From an uncultured Planctomycetota bacterium (GTDB taxonomy: Bacteria; Planctomycetota; PLA2; JAEUHO01), in the NCBI GenBank assembly GCA_963752285.1, contig CAVVXN010000001.1:832001-896000 (forward strand): a DNA stretch of 64,000 nucleotides, in the 5' to 3' direction. Below the pieces are notes generated by a model. That model was not told the origin of the DNA and ran no database searches. It worked only from the letters and a program-made list of their open reading frames with translations. Positions 37,427 through 47,145 of the stretch are shown here, one piece after another. Numbering within the stretch: position 1 is the stretch's first letter; the number at the start of each line of letters is the position of its first letter. The position numbers and the translations under genes were made by a program.

Positions 37427-38127
37427 CGACGGCCCCGCCGCTCTTCGCGCCCCACCAGGGCGATTCCGACGGTCACGAGCAGCGCGATGAACAGGAGGAT
37501 CAGTCCCATCGCCATGCCGCGGCTGAACTCCCCCTTGCCCGTCTCGAGGGCCGTCGCGGTGGCGAGGGTGCGCGTCCGGTGCTTGATGTTGCCCCCGACC
37601 ATCATCGCGATGCCGAGCTCGGTGACGCAACGGGCGAACGACATCAGCAGGCCGAGGATCACGCCCGTGCGCGCCTCCGAGAGGTACGTCCACCAGCGAC
37701 GGAGCGGGCCGGCCCCCAGCGTCATCGCCGTCTCGGCGACACGCGCGTCGAGGGATCGGATCGCCCCGTGGCTCACGGACGCGACGATCGGCAGCGCGAG
37801 GACCAGCTCGCCGATGACGATCGCCCAGGGCGTGTAGAGCAGGTCCATCGACGAGAGCGGCCCGCGGCGCGAGAACAGCGCGAAGCAGACGAGTCCCACG
37901 AAGACGGTCGGGAACGCCATCGCGGCGCGGAACGCGGTCACGACCACGCGGCGGCCCGGGAACGACAGCCGCGCCAGGCCCGAGCCGAGGGGCAGGCCCA
38001 GGAGCGCCGCGAGGCCGACGGCCAGGCACGAGATCCACAGACTGCGCCACGCGGCGTCCAGGACGAGAGGATCGCCCGAGCCGATGAGGCGGCCCGCCTC
38101 CCGGACGCCCTCCCAGATCAGGTCCAT
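37423..38127 (-). CDS. tupB: Tungstate ABC transporter permease
   Basis: PTVFVGL, LLYTPWAIVIG and ELGIAMMVGGNI..TRTLATA..LET.KGEF. Confidence 0.9.
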   Translation of the reverse strand: MDLIWEGVREAGRLIGSGDPLVLDAAWRSLWISCLAVGLAALLGLPLGSGLARLSFPGRRVVVTAFRAAMAFPTVFVGLVCFALFSRRGPLSSMDLLYTPWAIVIGELVLALPIVASVSHGAIRSLDARVAETAMTLGAGPLRRWWTYLSEARTGVILGLLMSFARCVTELGIAMMVGGNIKHRTRTLATATALETGKGEFSRGMAMGLILLFIALLVTVGIALVGREERRGRR

Positions 38128-38137
38128 GACGGGGCGT

Positions 38138-38968
38138 TCAGTCCGGCTTCGCCGGGTGCAGCGGGTGGAAGAGGACCTCGCCCTCGAGCCGGTACCCGCC
38201 GATGGCCTTCTGCGTCGAGGGCGCGATCAAGAAGTCGGCGAACGCCTGCGCGAGGCTCGTGTCGATGCCCGGTCCGTTCTTCGGGTTCACCACGATCACG
38301 CCGTAGGGGTTCCTCAGGTTCTCGCCGTCGGTGACGATCTCGGCGAGGTCGATCCGCTTCCTGAACTTCAGGTACGTGCCACGATCCGTCAGGACGTAGG
38401 CCTTCATCTGGTCGGCCATCGTGAGGGTGGCGCCCATCCCCTGTCCGCTCTCGACGTAACCCGCCCAGGGCGTGAGGCCGCCCGCGGCCTGCCAGAGCTG
38501 CTTCTCCCGCTTGTGCGTTCCGCTCTCGTCGCCGCGGGACACGAAGGGAGCCTTCGCCGCGGCGACCGCCTTCAGCGCGTCCTCGGGGGAGAGGCCCTTC
38601 GCGTGGGCGGGGTCGCCGGCCGGGCCGAGGATCTCGAACGTGTTCCACATCACGTCCTCGCGCCGGATGCCGTGACCGGCCGCCATGAACGCGTCCTCGG
38701 CCTTCCGCGCATGCACGAGCACGACGTCGGCGTCGCCCGTCTCGCCGAGCTTGAGCGCCGCGCCGGTCCCGACGGCGACGACGTCCACGCGGCAGCCCCG
38801 CTGCTTCTCGAACATCGGGACCAGGAGGTCGAGGAGTCCCGAGTCCCGCGTGCTCGTCGTGGTCGCGAGGCGGAGCACCGCGCCCGGCGTCCCCGGCGCC
38901 TTCGATCCGCAGCCGACGAGCACCGTCACCAGTGCCCACGCCAGCACGAGCCGTCGCGTCGGTGCCAT
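38138..38968 (-). CDS. tupA: Tungstate ABC transporter substrate-binding lipoprotein
   Basis: Lipobox LVGC. LATTTSTRDSGLL, VGTGAAL, FVSRGDESGTH, LTDRGTY and NPY. Confidence 0.92.
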   Translation of the reverse strand: MAPTRRLVLAWALVTVLVGCGSKAPGTPGAVLRLATTTSTRDSGLLDLLVPMFEKQRGCRVDVVAVGTGAALKLGETGDADVVLVHARKAEDAFMAAGHGIRREDVMWNTFEILGPAGDPAHAKGLSPEDALKAVAAAKAPFVSRGDESGTHKREKQLWQAAGGLTPWAGYVESGQGMGATLTMADQMKAYVLTDRGTYLKFRKRIDLAEIVTDGENLRNPYGVIVVNPKNGPGIDTSLAQAFADFLIAPSTQKAIGGYRLEGEVLFHPLHPAKPD

Positions 38969-39059
38969 ATCGCCTCCCTTTGCGTCGCCGCCGTCGTGCC
39001 CGGCCGCGCGGGACCGCGACCCGGTCGGCCATCCGGGCCGGCGAGGATACCCTCTCCCG

Positions 39060-39941
39060 ATGCGCGTCGCCGCGATCGTCCCGGTCTTCCGGCGCCCTCG
39101 GCTCGTGCTCGAGGCGCTCGAGAGCGCGCGGTGCCAGACGATGCCTCCCGCGCGCCTCGTGGTGGTGGACGACGGGTCCGACGACGGCAGCGCCGACGCC
39201 GTGGAGGCGTGGGGGCGCGAGGTCCGGCCCGCCGCGGGCTTCGAGGTGCTGCGTCGGCCCCACCGCGGCGTCGGAGCCGCGCGGAACGCGGGCGTCCTTT
39301 GCGTCCCCGAGTGCGACGCCCTGGCGTTCCTCGACTCCGACAACCTCTGGGAGCCGGAGTTCCTCGCGCGGACGAGCGCCGCCCTCGCGCGGGACCCCGC
39401 GGCGGTCGGCGTGGTCACGGACCGCTGGCGCGTGGACCTCGCGACCGGCCGGCGAAGGCGCGAGCGGCTCGACGCCGTGGACGGAGCGCGCGCGAGAGAC
39501 CTCCTTCGCGGCCCGCCCGGCACGTCGAACACGCTGCTTCGCGCGGCCGCCTTTCGCGCGGTCGGGGGGTACGACGAGGACCTCACGACCGCGGAGGACC
39601 TCCACCTGATGTTGCGCCTCGGCCTCTGGGGCCCGCTCCGCCACGTGCCGGAGGTCCTCGCCGTGCGCCGCGACGCCGCGGGCGAGGAGCCCCAGATCGG
39701 AAAGCACCATCCCGACCGACGCGCGAAGCGCCTGGAGGCGATCGAACGATTCCTCTTCCGCGACGGCGGCGCCGAGGCCGTACCGCGCCGCGCGTGGGGC
39801 CCCTGGCTCGCCCGGGTCCGGGCCGCGCTCGCGCGCCACCGCTTCCGTGAGGGGCGCCGCGACGAGGCGCGCCGCCTCGCGCGCGGCGCCGTCGAGGCCT
39901 GGCCCTGGAGTCCCGGGGCCTGGCTCCAGCGCCTCCGCTGA
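39060..39941 (+). CDS. Family 2 glycosyltransferase
   Basis: VVDDGSDD, AARNAG, AFLDSD and GGYDE..ED. Confidence 0.9.
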   Translation: MRVAAIVPVFRRPRLVLEALESARCQTMPPARLVVVDDGSDDGSADAVEAWGREVRPAAGFEVLRRPHRGVGAARNAGVLCVPECDALAFLDSDNLWEPEFLARTSAALARDPAAVGVVTDRWRVDLATGRRRRERLDAVDGARARDLLRGPPGTSNTLLRAAAFRAVGGYDEDLTTAEDLHLMLRLGLWGPLRHVPEVLAVRRDAAGEEPQIGKHHPDRRAKRLEAIERFLFRDGGAEAVPRRAWGPWLARVRAALARHRFREGRRDEARRLARGAVEAWPWSPGAWLQRLR

Positions 39942-40733
39942 TCAGGGAAGGAGCGCGGCCGCGACGGGCGCGTAGTGTCCCGCGTACGTGATGACGTCCT
40001 CGATCTCGCCGCGCTCCCGGAGCCGTGCGCCGCGCCACTCGTAGCGGAGGACGCGCTCGGGGCCCGGCTCGGGCCAACCCGATCCCGCCGGCACCACCTG
40101 CTCCCGAACGAGGTGCTCGGGGGGGACCGCCGCGAGCACGGACCCCATCTGCTCGCGAAGACATCCGTAGATCTCGTCCCGCGCCCGGCACTTCACGAGG
40201 AGCTCCTCGTCGGTCAGGCGAACCTCGCGGGCACCGCGCGCCGCGCGTGCGGGGGCCCGCTGCACCACGTAGCGCTCGCCGTGTCCCGGGGCCTGGTGGA
40301 CGAGCGGGATCTCGAAGAGCTCCGCGTCGGGTGCCTCGCGGAGCGCGGCCCGGACGATCGGCCGGCAGATGTCGTGCACGGGGTTGTAGAACTCGACCGC
40401 GTCGCAGTAGACCTCGCCCGGTTGGACCGCGCGCACGCGCGCCGCGACCTCGTCCGCGACCCGGCGGAAGAAGTCCGCGTCCCGCGCGAGGAGGGCGCCG
40501 TAGAACGCGCCCTCGCCGTGGTCGAGGAAGGTGGCCCGAGAAAGCAGGTCGAGCGCCCGGAGGCTTCGACGCGTCTCGGCCACGCGCTCCGGTCCGCCGC
40601 CGTCGGTCAAAAACACGAGGTGCGGCCGCCAGCGACGCACGAGCCCGAGCACCGCCAGCTCGTGGTTCGGGTGGCTGAAGACGAAGAGCCGTCGGGGGTC
40701 GGGTGTCGGCACGGCGCGGGATTCTAGTAGCAT
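39942..40733 (-). CDS. Hypothetical protein, PIG-L/LmbE deacetylase-like fold
   Basis: VFSHPNHE, FLTDGG and NPVHD resemble the HPDDE/T.G/H.DH motifs. Start uncertain. Confidence 0.55.
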   Translation of the reverse strand: MLLESRAVPTPDPRRLFVFSHPNHELAVLGLVRRWRPHLVFLTDGGGPERVAETRRSLRALDLLSRATFLDHGEGAFYGALLARDADFFRRVADEVAARVRAVQPGEVYCDAVEFYNPVHDICRPIVRAALREAPDAELFEIPLVHQAPGHGERYVVQRAPARAARGAREVRLTDEELLVKCRARDEIYGCLREQMGSVLAAVPPEHLVREQVVPAGSGWPEPGPERVLRYEWRGARLRERGEIEDVITYAGHYAPVAAALLP

Positions 40734-40802
40734 CGGCCCCCGAGGAGAGGCCCCGATGTGCGAGGGGGCCTCGCTCCGACGTGGCCCGCCGGGAGGACCG
40801 TG

Positions 40803-41210
40803 ATGCGAGTCTGTGGCCTGTTCGACCGCGCCGCGCCCCTCGCGCCGTACCTGAGGAGCGTGCTCCGGATCGTCGCGGCGTTGCTATTCCTCCAGGCCGG
40901 GACGATGAAGCTCTTCGGCTGGCCGATCGCGCTTCCCGGCGGGGCGCCCGCGGTTTTCTCGGAGCTCTGGGTCGGCGGGGTCCTCGAGCTCGTGGGCGGG
41001 GCCCTCCTCACGGTGGGCCTGTTCACGCGGCCGGTCGCGTTCGTCCTCTCCGGCGAGATGGCCGTCGCGTACTTCCAGTTCCACTACCCGCGCGGCCTCT
41101 GGCCGGTCGAGAACGACGGGTACGCGGCCGTCCTCTACTGTTTCCTCTGGCTCTACCTCTGCGCCGCCGGCCCCGGCCCCTGGAGCCTCGACGCGAGGCG
41201 CTGCCGCTGA
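40803..41210 (+). CDS. DoxX family membrane protein
   Basis: LRIVAALLF..GTMKLFG, ELVGG..GLFTRPVAFVLSGEMAVAYF and GPGPWSLD. Confidence 0.92.
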   Translation: MRVCGLFDRAAPLAPYLRSVLRIVAALLFLQAGTMKLFGWPIALPGGAPAVFSELWVGGVLELVGGALLTVGLFTRPVAFVLSGEMAVAYFQFHYPRGLWPVENDGYAAVLYCFLWLYLCAAGPGPWSLDARRCR

Positions 41211-41362
41211 CCGTCGAACCGGCGGGACCCGGCCGGGCGGGCGAGGCGGGTCGCGGCGCCTCCGGGCCGGACGACGTTCGGGACGCCGGCGCCGAGGAGG
41301 ACGGTGATCGCGAGGACGGCCGCGCCGGGCGCCCTTCCGGGGGCTCTGGTAGACCATCTCTC

Positions 41363-41953
41363 ATGGACGTGGTGGTGCGAGAGGAGCCCTCGAGCTGTCT
41401 CGACGCCTACGCGCGCGTCTCGATCGCGTTCGAGGTCCGTCGCGTGGTGGAGGCGGTCCGCGACGGGCCCCGCTACGTTCTCGTGGAGCGTGCGGTGGAC
41501 ACGCCGTGGACGAAGGACTACGACGCGCTCCCCGGGAACCGCCCGCTCGACTGGCCGCGTCGCTTCGACGTCTCGCGCTGGGGGTTCTTCCTCGCCCGCC
41601 ACGGTGGGGAGCCGGTCGGCGGCGCCGTCCTCGCGTACCGCACGCCGGGCCTCGACGACCTGGCGGGGCGGGACGACCTCGCCGTGCTCTTCGACCTCCG
41701 CGTCGCGCCCAGGTGGCGAAGGCGGGGCGTCGGCTCGCGACTCCTCGAGGCGGCGGTCGCGTGGGCGCGCGTGCGGTCGTGCGTGGACCTCGACGTCGAG
41801 ACGCAGAACGTCAACGTGGGCGCGTGCCGCTTCTACGAGCGACACGGCTTCGCGCTTCGCACGGTAGAGCCCCGCGCGTACCCCACGATCCCCCGCGAGA
41901 CCCGCCTCGTCTGGCGCCGCCACCTCGAACGCGCGGCGCGCGGTCCACGGTGA
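41363..41953 (+). CDS. GNAT acetyltransferase (streptothricin acetyltransferase-like)
   Basis: LRVAPRWRRRGVGSRLL and ETQNVNVGACRFYERHGF. Confidence 0.88.
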   Translation: MDVVVREEPSSCLDAYARVSIAFEVRRVVEAVRDGPRYVLVERAVDTPWTKDYDALPGNRPLDWPRRFDVSRWGFFLARHGGEPVGGAVLAYRTPGLDDLAGRDDLAVLFDLRVAPRWRRRGVGSRLLEAAVAWARVRSCVDLDVETQNVNVGACRFYERHGFALRTVEPRAYPTIPRETRLVWRRHLERAARGPR

Positions 41954-42066
41954 AGCCTCGGGAGGGGGTCGAAGGTCTTGGCTCGGGGGCCCGCGCGTCG
42001 TGGGCGTGTCCTGAGGGGCGGCCGTTCGGCGGTACCCGGAGGAGCGGCAACGCTGGAGAACCCTCG

Positions 42067-43212
42067 ATGCAACCCCTCGGCGCGCCCCGGATCCGCGTCC
42101 CGGCCCTGGCGCTCGCGCTCGCGCTCGGGGCCGCCCTCTCGACGGCCTGCGGCGGCGGATCGTCCTCCTCGTCGGGCGGCGGCGACACGGGCCCGGTGGT
42201 GGCGGGATCGTGGCAGGCGATCTTCTTGGGGAGGGACGTCTCGGGGGGGACCACGACCTCCGCGACGGCGGCCTGGTCGAGCGACGGGACGGGGGCCCTG
42301 ACGTCGGGCACGGGCTGGATCGCGAACGGCGGGACGGTCACGGGCCCGAACGACCCCGGGGACGCTTCGGTGGAGGTCGCGCCCGACCGGAGCGCGACCT
42401 TCACGCTCTCCGGCGGCGCGATGCTCCACGGGCGGGTCGGCGTCGGACGCGACATCGCCATCGCGGCGAACGTGACCGACGGCCAGGACCCCGCGTGGAT
42501 GGCGCTCGTTCGGAGGAACCCCGCGCCGACCCTCGCCGACCTCCAGGGCGAGTGGTGGCAGGTCGAGTGGTGGTACGACCCGAGCCTCTCCGTGCCGGCG
42601 GGATCGAGCCTGACCGACGTGTGGATCACGCCGGAGGGCTACGTCGTCCCGGACGTCGTCGCCCTGAACCGGGGCGGGGTCGTCGGCGTCCCCCCGGGCG
42701 TCGTCCTCTTCGACGAAGCGATCTCCATCGCGGGCGGCTGGCTCGTGGACGGGTCGAGCTTCGCGCCCGCGGCGTATCGCGGGGGGCTCGCCCTCTCGGG
42801 GGACGTGGTCCTCCTCGGCGCCGCCGAGGACTCGACGGGGCAGGCCGCCGTGAAGGTCCTGCTCCGCCGCAGCTCGGCCGTCGATCCGACCCCCGCCTAC
42901 GGGAACGTCGCGCTCGCCGGCTTCACCTCGATCCTCGCGAACCTCGGGGCGCTCGGGGGCACGGGCACCTACGACGCCGCGAGTCCGAAGTGGGACCTCG
43001 CCGTGAACCTCGAGGGGACGGCGAGCGGCTCCGCGGTGATCCCGCTGGACCTCTACTACGCCTTCTCCCGGCTGGAGCTCGACCCCACGTCGGGCTCGCC
43101 CGGGTACCTCGGCGCGTTCGCGCGCGGCGGCGAGCTCGTGGCGCTCGGGGGGACGTTCACGGGCTCGCCCTCCGACCGACAGGACCCGGGCATCGTCCTG
43201 ACCCTTCGCTAA
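42067..43212 (+). CDS. Hypothetical lipoprotein
   Basis: GGAG RBS. Lipobox-like LSTACGGGSSSS followed by a Gly/Thr-rich beta-strand sequence. Confidence 0.75.
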   Translation: MQPLGAPRIRVPALALALALGAALSTACGGGSSSSSGGGDTGPVVAGSWQAIFLGRDVSGGTTTSATAAWSSDGTGALTSGTGWIANGGTVTGPNDPGDASVEVAPDRSATFTLSGGAMLHGRVGVGRDIAIAANVTDGQDPAWMALVRRNPAPTLADLQGEWWQVEWWYDPSLSVPAGSSLTDVWITPEGYVVPDVVALNRGGVVGVPPGVVLFDEAISIAGGWLVDGSSFAPAAYRGGLALSGDVVLLGAAEDSTGQAAVKVLLRRSSAVDPTPAYGNVALAGFTSILANLGALGGTGTYDAASPKWDLAVNLEGTASGSAVIPLDLYYAFSRLELDPTSGSPGYLGAFARGGELVALGGTFTGSPSDRQDPGIVLTLR

Positions 43213-45968
43213 CGCGCTCTCGGGCGCAGCACGATCCGGACCGGACCGCTCGCCGGGCGAACGCCCGAGACCTCGCCGTAGCGCAGCACGCTCCCGGCCT
43301 CCGCGCCGAGGACGGCGCGCACCCGGATCTCGCCCTGGACGTCCGGGGACATCCGAAGGGTGAACCGCCCCTCCGCGTCCGTTTGGGCGTGGAGGTCCTC
43401 GCCCGCGGCCCACGTCGTCACCTCCGCGCCCGCGACGGCGTGGCCTTCCTCGTCCAGGACGCGACCCAGGAGCAGCCGCGGCGGCGCGAGGCGCACCACG
43501 ACCGGGTCCGGGCCCGCGGTCAGGTCGTCGCGATTCGCGCTCGCGAGGTCGATCGAGCGGTCCGCGGGCGGGCGGACGGTGAGCGCGACCGGACGCGCGG
43601 TGAGGCCGTCGATCCGCGCCACTCCGCCCGGATCGGCCGCGACGGGGTCCGGATGGCCGTCGGGCACCGGACGTACCGAGACGGTCGCGCCGGCGAGCGG
43701 TGCGCCGCTCGGGTCCTCGACGCGGACGAGGAGCGTCAGGTCGGCCGCGACGGGCGCGGCCTCGAGTCGAACGGTGCCGCCGTCGAGCAAGACGCCGCAA
43801 AGCGACGCCTCGAGCGGGAGACGGACGGCGCGGTACCGGCCTGCCGGGTCCGACCGGTAGACGTCGCCGAAGAACGCGAGGTCCACGGGGCCACCGGGCT
43901 CGGCCGCGAGGAGGAACGCGCCGGCGCCGTCGGTCTGTGCGTAGCCGACCGCCTCGCCCGCGCGTCTCGCCTCGATCGACGCGCGCACGACGCCCGCCCG
44001 GTCCGGGCCGACCAGAACGCCGTGGACGAGGTCGGCCGCCCGCAGGTGGACCCGGTGCTTGCCCACGTCGGCGGAGACCTCTTCCGGATCGGGGCAGAGG
44101 TAGGCGCCCTCGGGCACGTCGAGCACCTGCACCTTCACCGTCTCCGCCCCGAGCGGAAGGTGGAAGGTCACGACGCCGTCCGCCGCGGTCCACTCCATCT
44201 GCTCATCGAAGTCTTGGGGCGCGATGTCCACCAGCACGTGGGCGACCCCCTTGCCGTCGGGCCCGACGACCGAGACCCGGAAGGGCCGGTCGGGCTCGAA
44301 CGCGAGCTCGATGTCGCGCGCGTCCCCGCCGGCCGCGAGGACGACCGTCCGCGTGGTCTTCGACTCGCCTTCGCGTTCGGCGGTCAGGATGTACGTGCCC
44401 GGGGCGAGGTCGGTGAACGCGAACCGTCCCAGGTCGTCCGTCGTGCGCTCTTCCTCCTGTCCGTAGTAGCCGTCGAACGTAAAGGCCGGGACCTCCGGCG
44501 GGAGGAGGCGGGCCACGTCGTCGTTCCCGCCGGACAGCGTGACCCGGACGTCCGCGAGCGGCCTGCCTTCGTCGTCGAGGACGCGCCCCGAGATCCTGTG
44601 CGCGGCGGGGACCACGATCGTCCCCACGTCCACGACGGGCACGCCGGTCGGCGGTGCTGCGACGTCCAGCAGCGTGCGCCCGCGGCCCTCGGGCATCACG
44701 ACGAGGACGTAGGGGAGGTCGCGGGCGAGGTCGGCGAGCCCGAAGCGGCCCGTCTCGTCGCTGCGGCCCTCGGCGTGCGCAGAGAGCTGTCGGCCGTTCA
44801 CCGTCTTCGAACCGATCGTCGCCACGACCGCGCCCGCGACGGGGTGGCCGTCGTCGGTCCGAACCCGCCCCGTGAGGGCGAAGCCCCGTTCGAGGGCGAA
44901 GTCGATCGCCTTCCGCTCTCCGACGACCTCTTCCGATCGCGCGTACCCCGGGGCCGCCACGTCGATCTCGTGGTAGTCGTTCGCGACCCATCCGCCGAGC
45001 GCGTACCGACCGTCCGCGTCGGTCTTCGTCGGCTTGAAGAGGGTCCAGCCCATCCCCACGACGGCGTTCGCGACCGGGCGACCGGTCTCGGCGTCCGTGA
45101 CGCGGCCCGTGACGACCCAGCCGGGCGCGATCACGACGCGGTGCTCGAGCGCGCCCGACGTCGGGAGCCGAATCGAGTCGTACTCGCTCGAGAACCCGCC
45201 GCGCGGTCCGTCCTGCGCCTCGAGCACGACGGCGATGCCGGCCGGAAGGTCGTCCAGTCGGCAGGTGCCGCGCGCGTCCGTCGTGGCGTGCGCCTCGAAG
45301 CCCACGGGCTCGCTCCAGGCAGCGTGGACCTCGACCTCTACGCCCGGGAGCGCGCGTTCGTCGGGGCCGACCGCGTGGACCACGAGCGCGACGCCGCGAC
45401 GGAGGACCACGCGTATGCGCGCGCCGGGCTGGAGTCCGCCGAAGCCCACGGGTGCGTAGCCCTCGGCCCGCACGCGAAGGCTCACCACGGTCCCCGGCCG
45501 GAGCGGCAACCGAAACGTGCCGTCCGTCGCGCTCCGGGTCGAGGGGCCCTCGACGGCCTCGTCGTAGCGCTCGTTCGCGAGGATCGAGCCGCGTCGCCAC
45601 GGGTACGTGACGACCCCGAGGTCGGCGCCGGCGACGGGCTTCCCCAGTACGTCCACGACGACGCCGTGGAGGTCCCGCTCGCGATCGACGGCCGCGAGGT
45701 CCACCGGCGGGGGCGCGATCGACGGTGAGAAGGGTGCGACGGAGCCTGGCTCCGTACGTCCGGTGAGGCGCGGTCGGGACGCGTCGGTTCCGTCGGAAGC
45801 GGCCGCGTCCGCGGCGGGATCCGACCGCGATTCGGACATACGGAGCCAGGCTCCCGGCGTCCACTTCTCCGTCGCGACGAACGCGAGGATCGCGATCCCC
45901 GCGACCAGGAGAACGGCCACGAACCCGACCCGCCGGCGCACGCGTCGAGCGTGGCCCGCGCGTGTCAC
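43209..45968 (-). CDS. Membrane-anchored protein with multiple carboxypeptidase-regulatory-like domains
   Basis: N-terminal TM. Many repeats of G.V.D..G.PV.GA.V ... TD..GRF.L. Confidence 0.88.
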   Translation of the reverse strand: MTRAGHARRVRRRVGFVAVLLVAGIAILAFVATEKWTPGAWLRMSESRSDPAADAAASDGTDASRPRLTGRTEPGSVAPFSPSIAPPPVDLAAVDRERDLHGVVVDVLGKPVAGADLGVVTYPWRRGSILANERYDEAVEGPSTRSATDGTFRLPLRPGTVVSLRVRAEGYAPVGFGGLQPGARIRVVLRRGVALVVHAVGPDERALPGVEVEVHAAWSEPVGFEAHATTDARGTCRLDDLPAGIAVVLEAQDGPRGGFSSEYDSIRLPTSGALEHRVVIAPGWVVTGRVTDAETGRPVANAVVGMGWTLFKPTKTDADGRYALGGWVANDYHEIDVAAPGYARSEEVVGERKAIDFALERGFALTGRVRTDDGHPVAGAVVATIGSKTVNGRQLSAHAEGRSDETGRFGLADLARDLPYVLVVMPEGRGRTLLDVAAPPTGVPVVDVGTIVVPAAHRISGRVLDDEGRPLADVRVTLSGGNDDVARLLPPEVPAFTFDGYYGQEEERTTDDLGRFAFTDLAPGTYILTAEREGESKTTRTVVLAAGGDARDIELAFEPDRPFRVSVVGPDGKGVAHVLVDIAPQDFDEQMEWTAADGVVTFHLPLGAETVKVQVLDVPEGAYLCPDPEEVSADVGKHRVHLRAADLVHGVLVGPDRAGVVRASIEARRAGEAVGYAQTDGAGAFLLAAEPGGPVDLAFFGDVYRSDPAGRYRAVRLPLEASLCGVLLDGGTVRLEAAPVAADLTLLVRVEDPSGAPLAGATVSVRPVPDGHPDPVAADPGGVARIDGLTARPVALTVRPPADRSIDLASANRDDLTAGPDPVVVRLAPPRLLLGRVLDEEGHAVAGAEVTTWAAGEDLHAQTDAEGRFTLRMSPDVQGEIRVRAVLGAEAGSVLRYGEVSGVRPASGPVRIVLRPRAR

Positions 45969-46316
45969 CGCCGCGTCGGGCCCGTCCGCGCGACGCCGCC
46001 CCGATGTGCGGGCGGGCCGTCGGGCCGTCGAGCGGCGCCTTCGAGAACGCGTTCTCTCTGCCGTCGCCGTCGGCGCGCGCGCGATCCGAAACGACGAACG
46101 CCCGGGGGCACAGACCCGGGAACCCCAAGCGCTCGGGCGCCCGGGCTCCTCTCCGCGTCGCGTGTGCCGCCTCCTCTCGGCCGCAGGACTCCCGGGAGGA
46201 GAGAGGCTCGGGAGAACCGATCGGCGCTCGGGAACGCATCGGCGGAGCCGCTGGGCGCCTCCTCGCGTCGTGCCACGCCCCGGACCCGCGCCCGGCGGTC
46301 GCTACACTCCGCCCCG

Positions 46317-47145
46317 GTGACGAGCGTCGCGAGCCTCCCCTGGTACGACCTGCCCGAGCTCCGCGCGCACACGGACCACCTCTGGCGGCGCGTGGCCCGC
46401 GCGCTGCGGGACCGCGGCGTGAAGCACGTGCCGGTCGCGCTCGACCGCGAGACGCCGCTGGAGGCGCAGTGGGCCTCGCCGCGCTTCCTCTTCGGGCAGT
46501 GCTGCGGCTACGACGTCGTGCTGACGCACCGGGAACGTCTCCGCGCGGTCGCGCGCCCCGTGTACGACGGTGCGCGCGCCGGTCCGGGGCGCTACCGGAG
46601 CCTGGTGCTCGTGTCCCGGACGTGCGACGCGCGGTCCATCGAGGACCTGCGCGGGCTTCGCTGCGTCGTGAACGGGTGCTCCTCGCACTCCGGCATGAGC
46701 GTGCTGCGGGGGCTCGTCTCGCCCTTGCACGTCGGCGGTCGCTTCTTCTCGAGCGTCGAGGTGAGCGGAGCGCACGAGCGGAGCCTCGACGCGCTCGCCG
46801 AGGGCCGCGCCGACGTCGCGGCGATCGACAGCGTCGTCTACGCCCTGCTCGCGCGGTACCGGCCCGCCGCCCTCGCGGGGCTCCGCGTGCTCGTCGAGAC
46901 GCCGAGCGCCGCGGCGCCCTCCGTTCGTCACGAGCGTCCACACGCCGAGGGCCGAGGTCAGGACGATTCGCGCCGCGCTCGAGGAGGCGTTCCAGGACCC
47001 GGACCTCGCCGAGACGCGAGCGGCCCTGCTCCTCCGGGGCGTCCTGGAGGTCGGCACGGAGACGTACCGCTCCATCCGCACCTGCGCCGAGCGCGCGCGC
47101 GCGCGCGGCTACGAGATGGCGGAGACCGCGCCCGCGCTGGCTTGA
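46317..47145 (+). CDS. PhnD/SsuA-like substrate-binding protein, interrupted by a +1 frameshift near 46917-46920
   Basis: ASLPWYD, GQCCGYD, YRSLVLV, SHSG, SGAHERS and ADVAAIDSV. The C-terminus PFVTS..IRAALEEAF..RAALLLRG..TGA 47143-47145 lies in the +1 frame. Confidence 0.82.
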
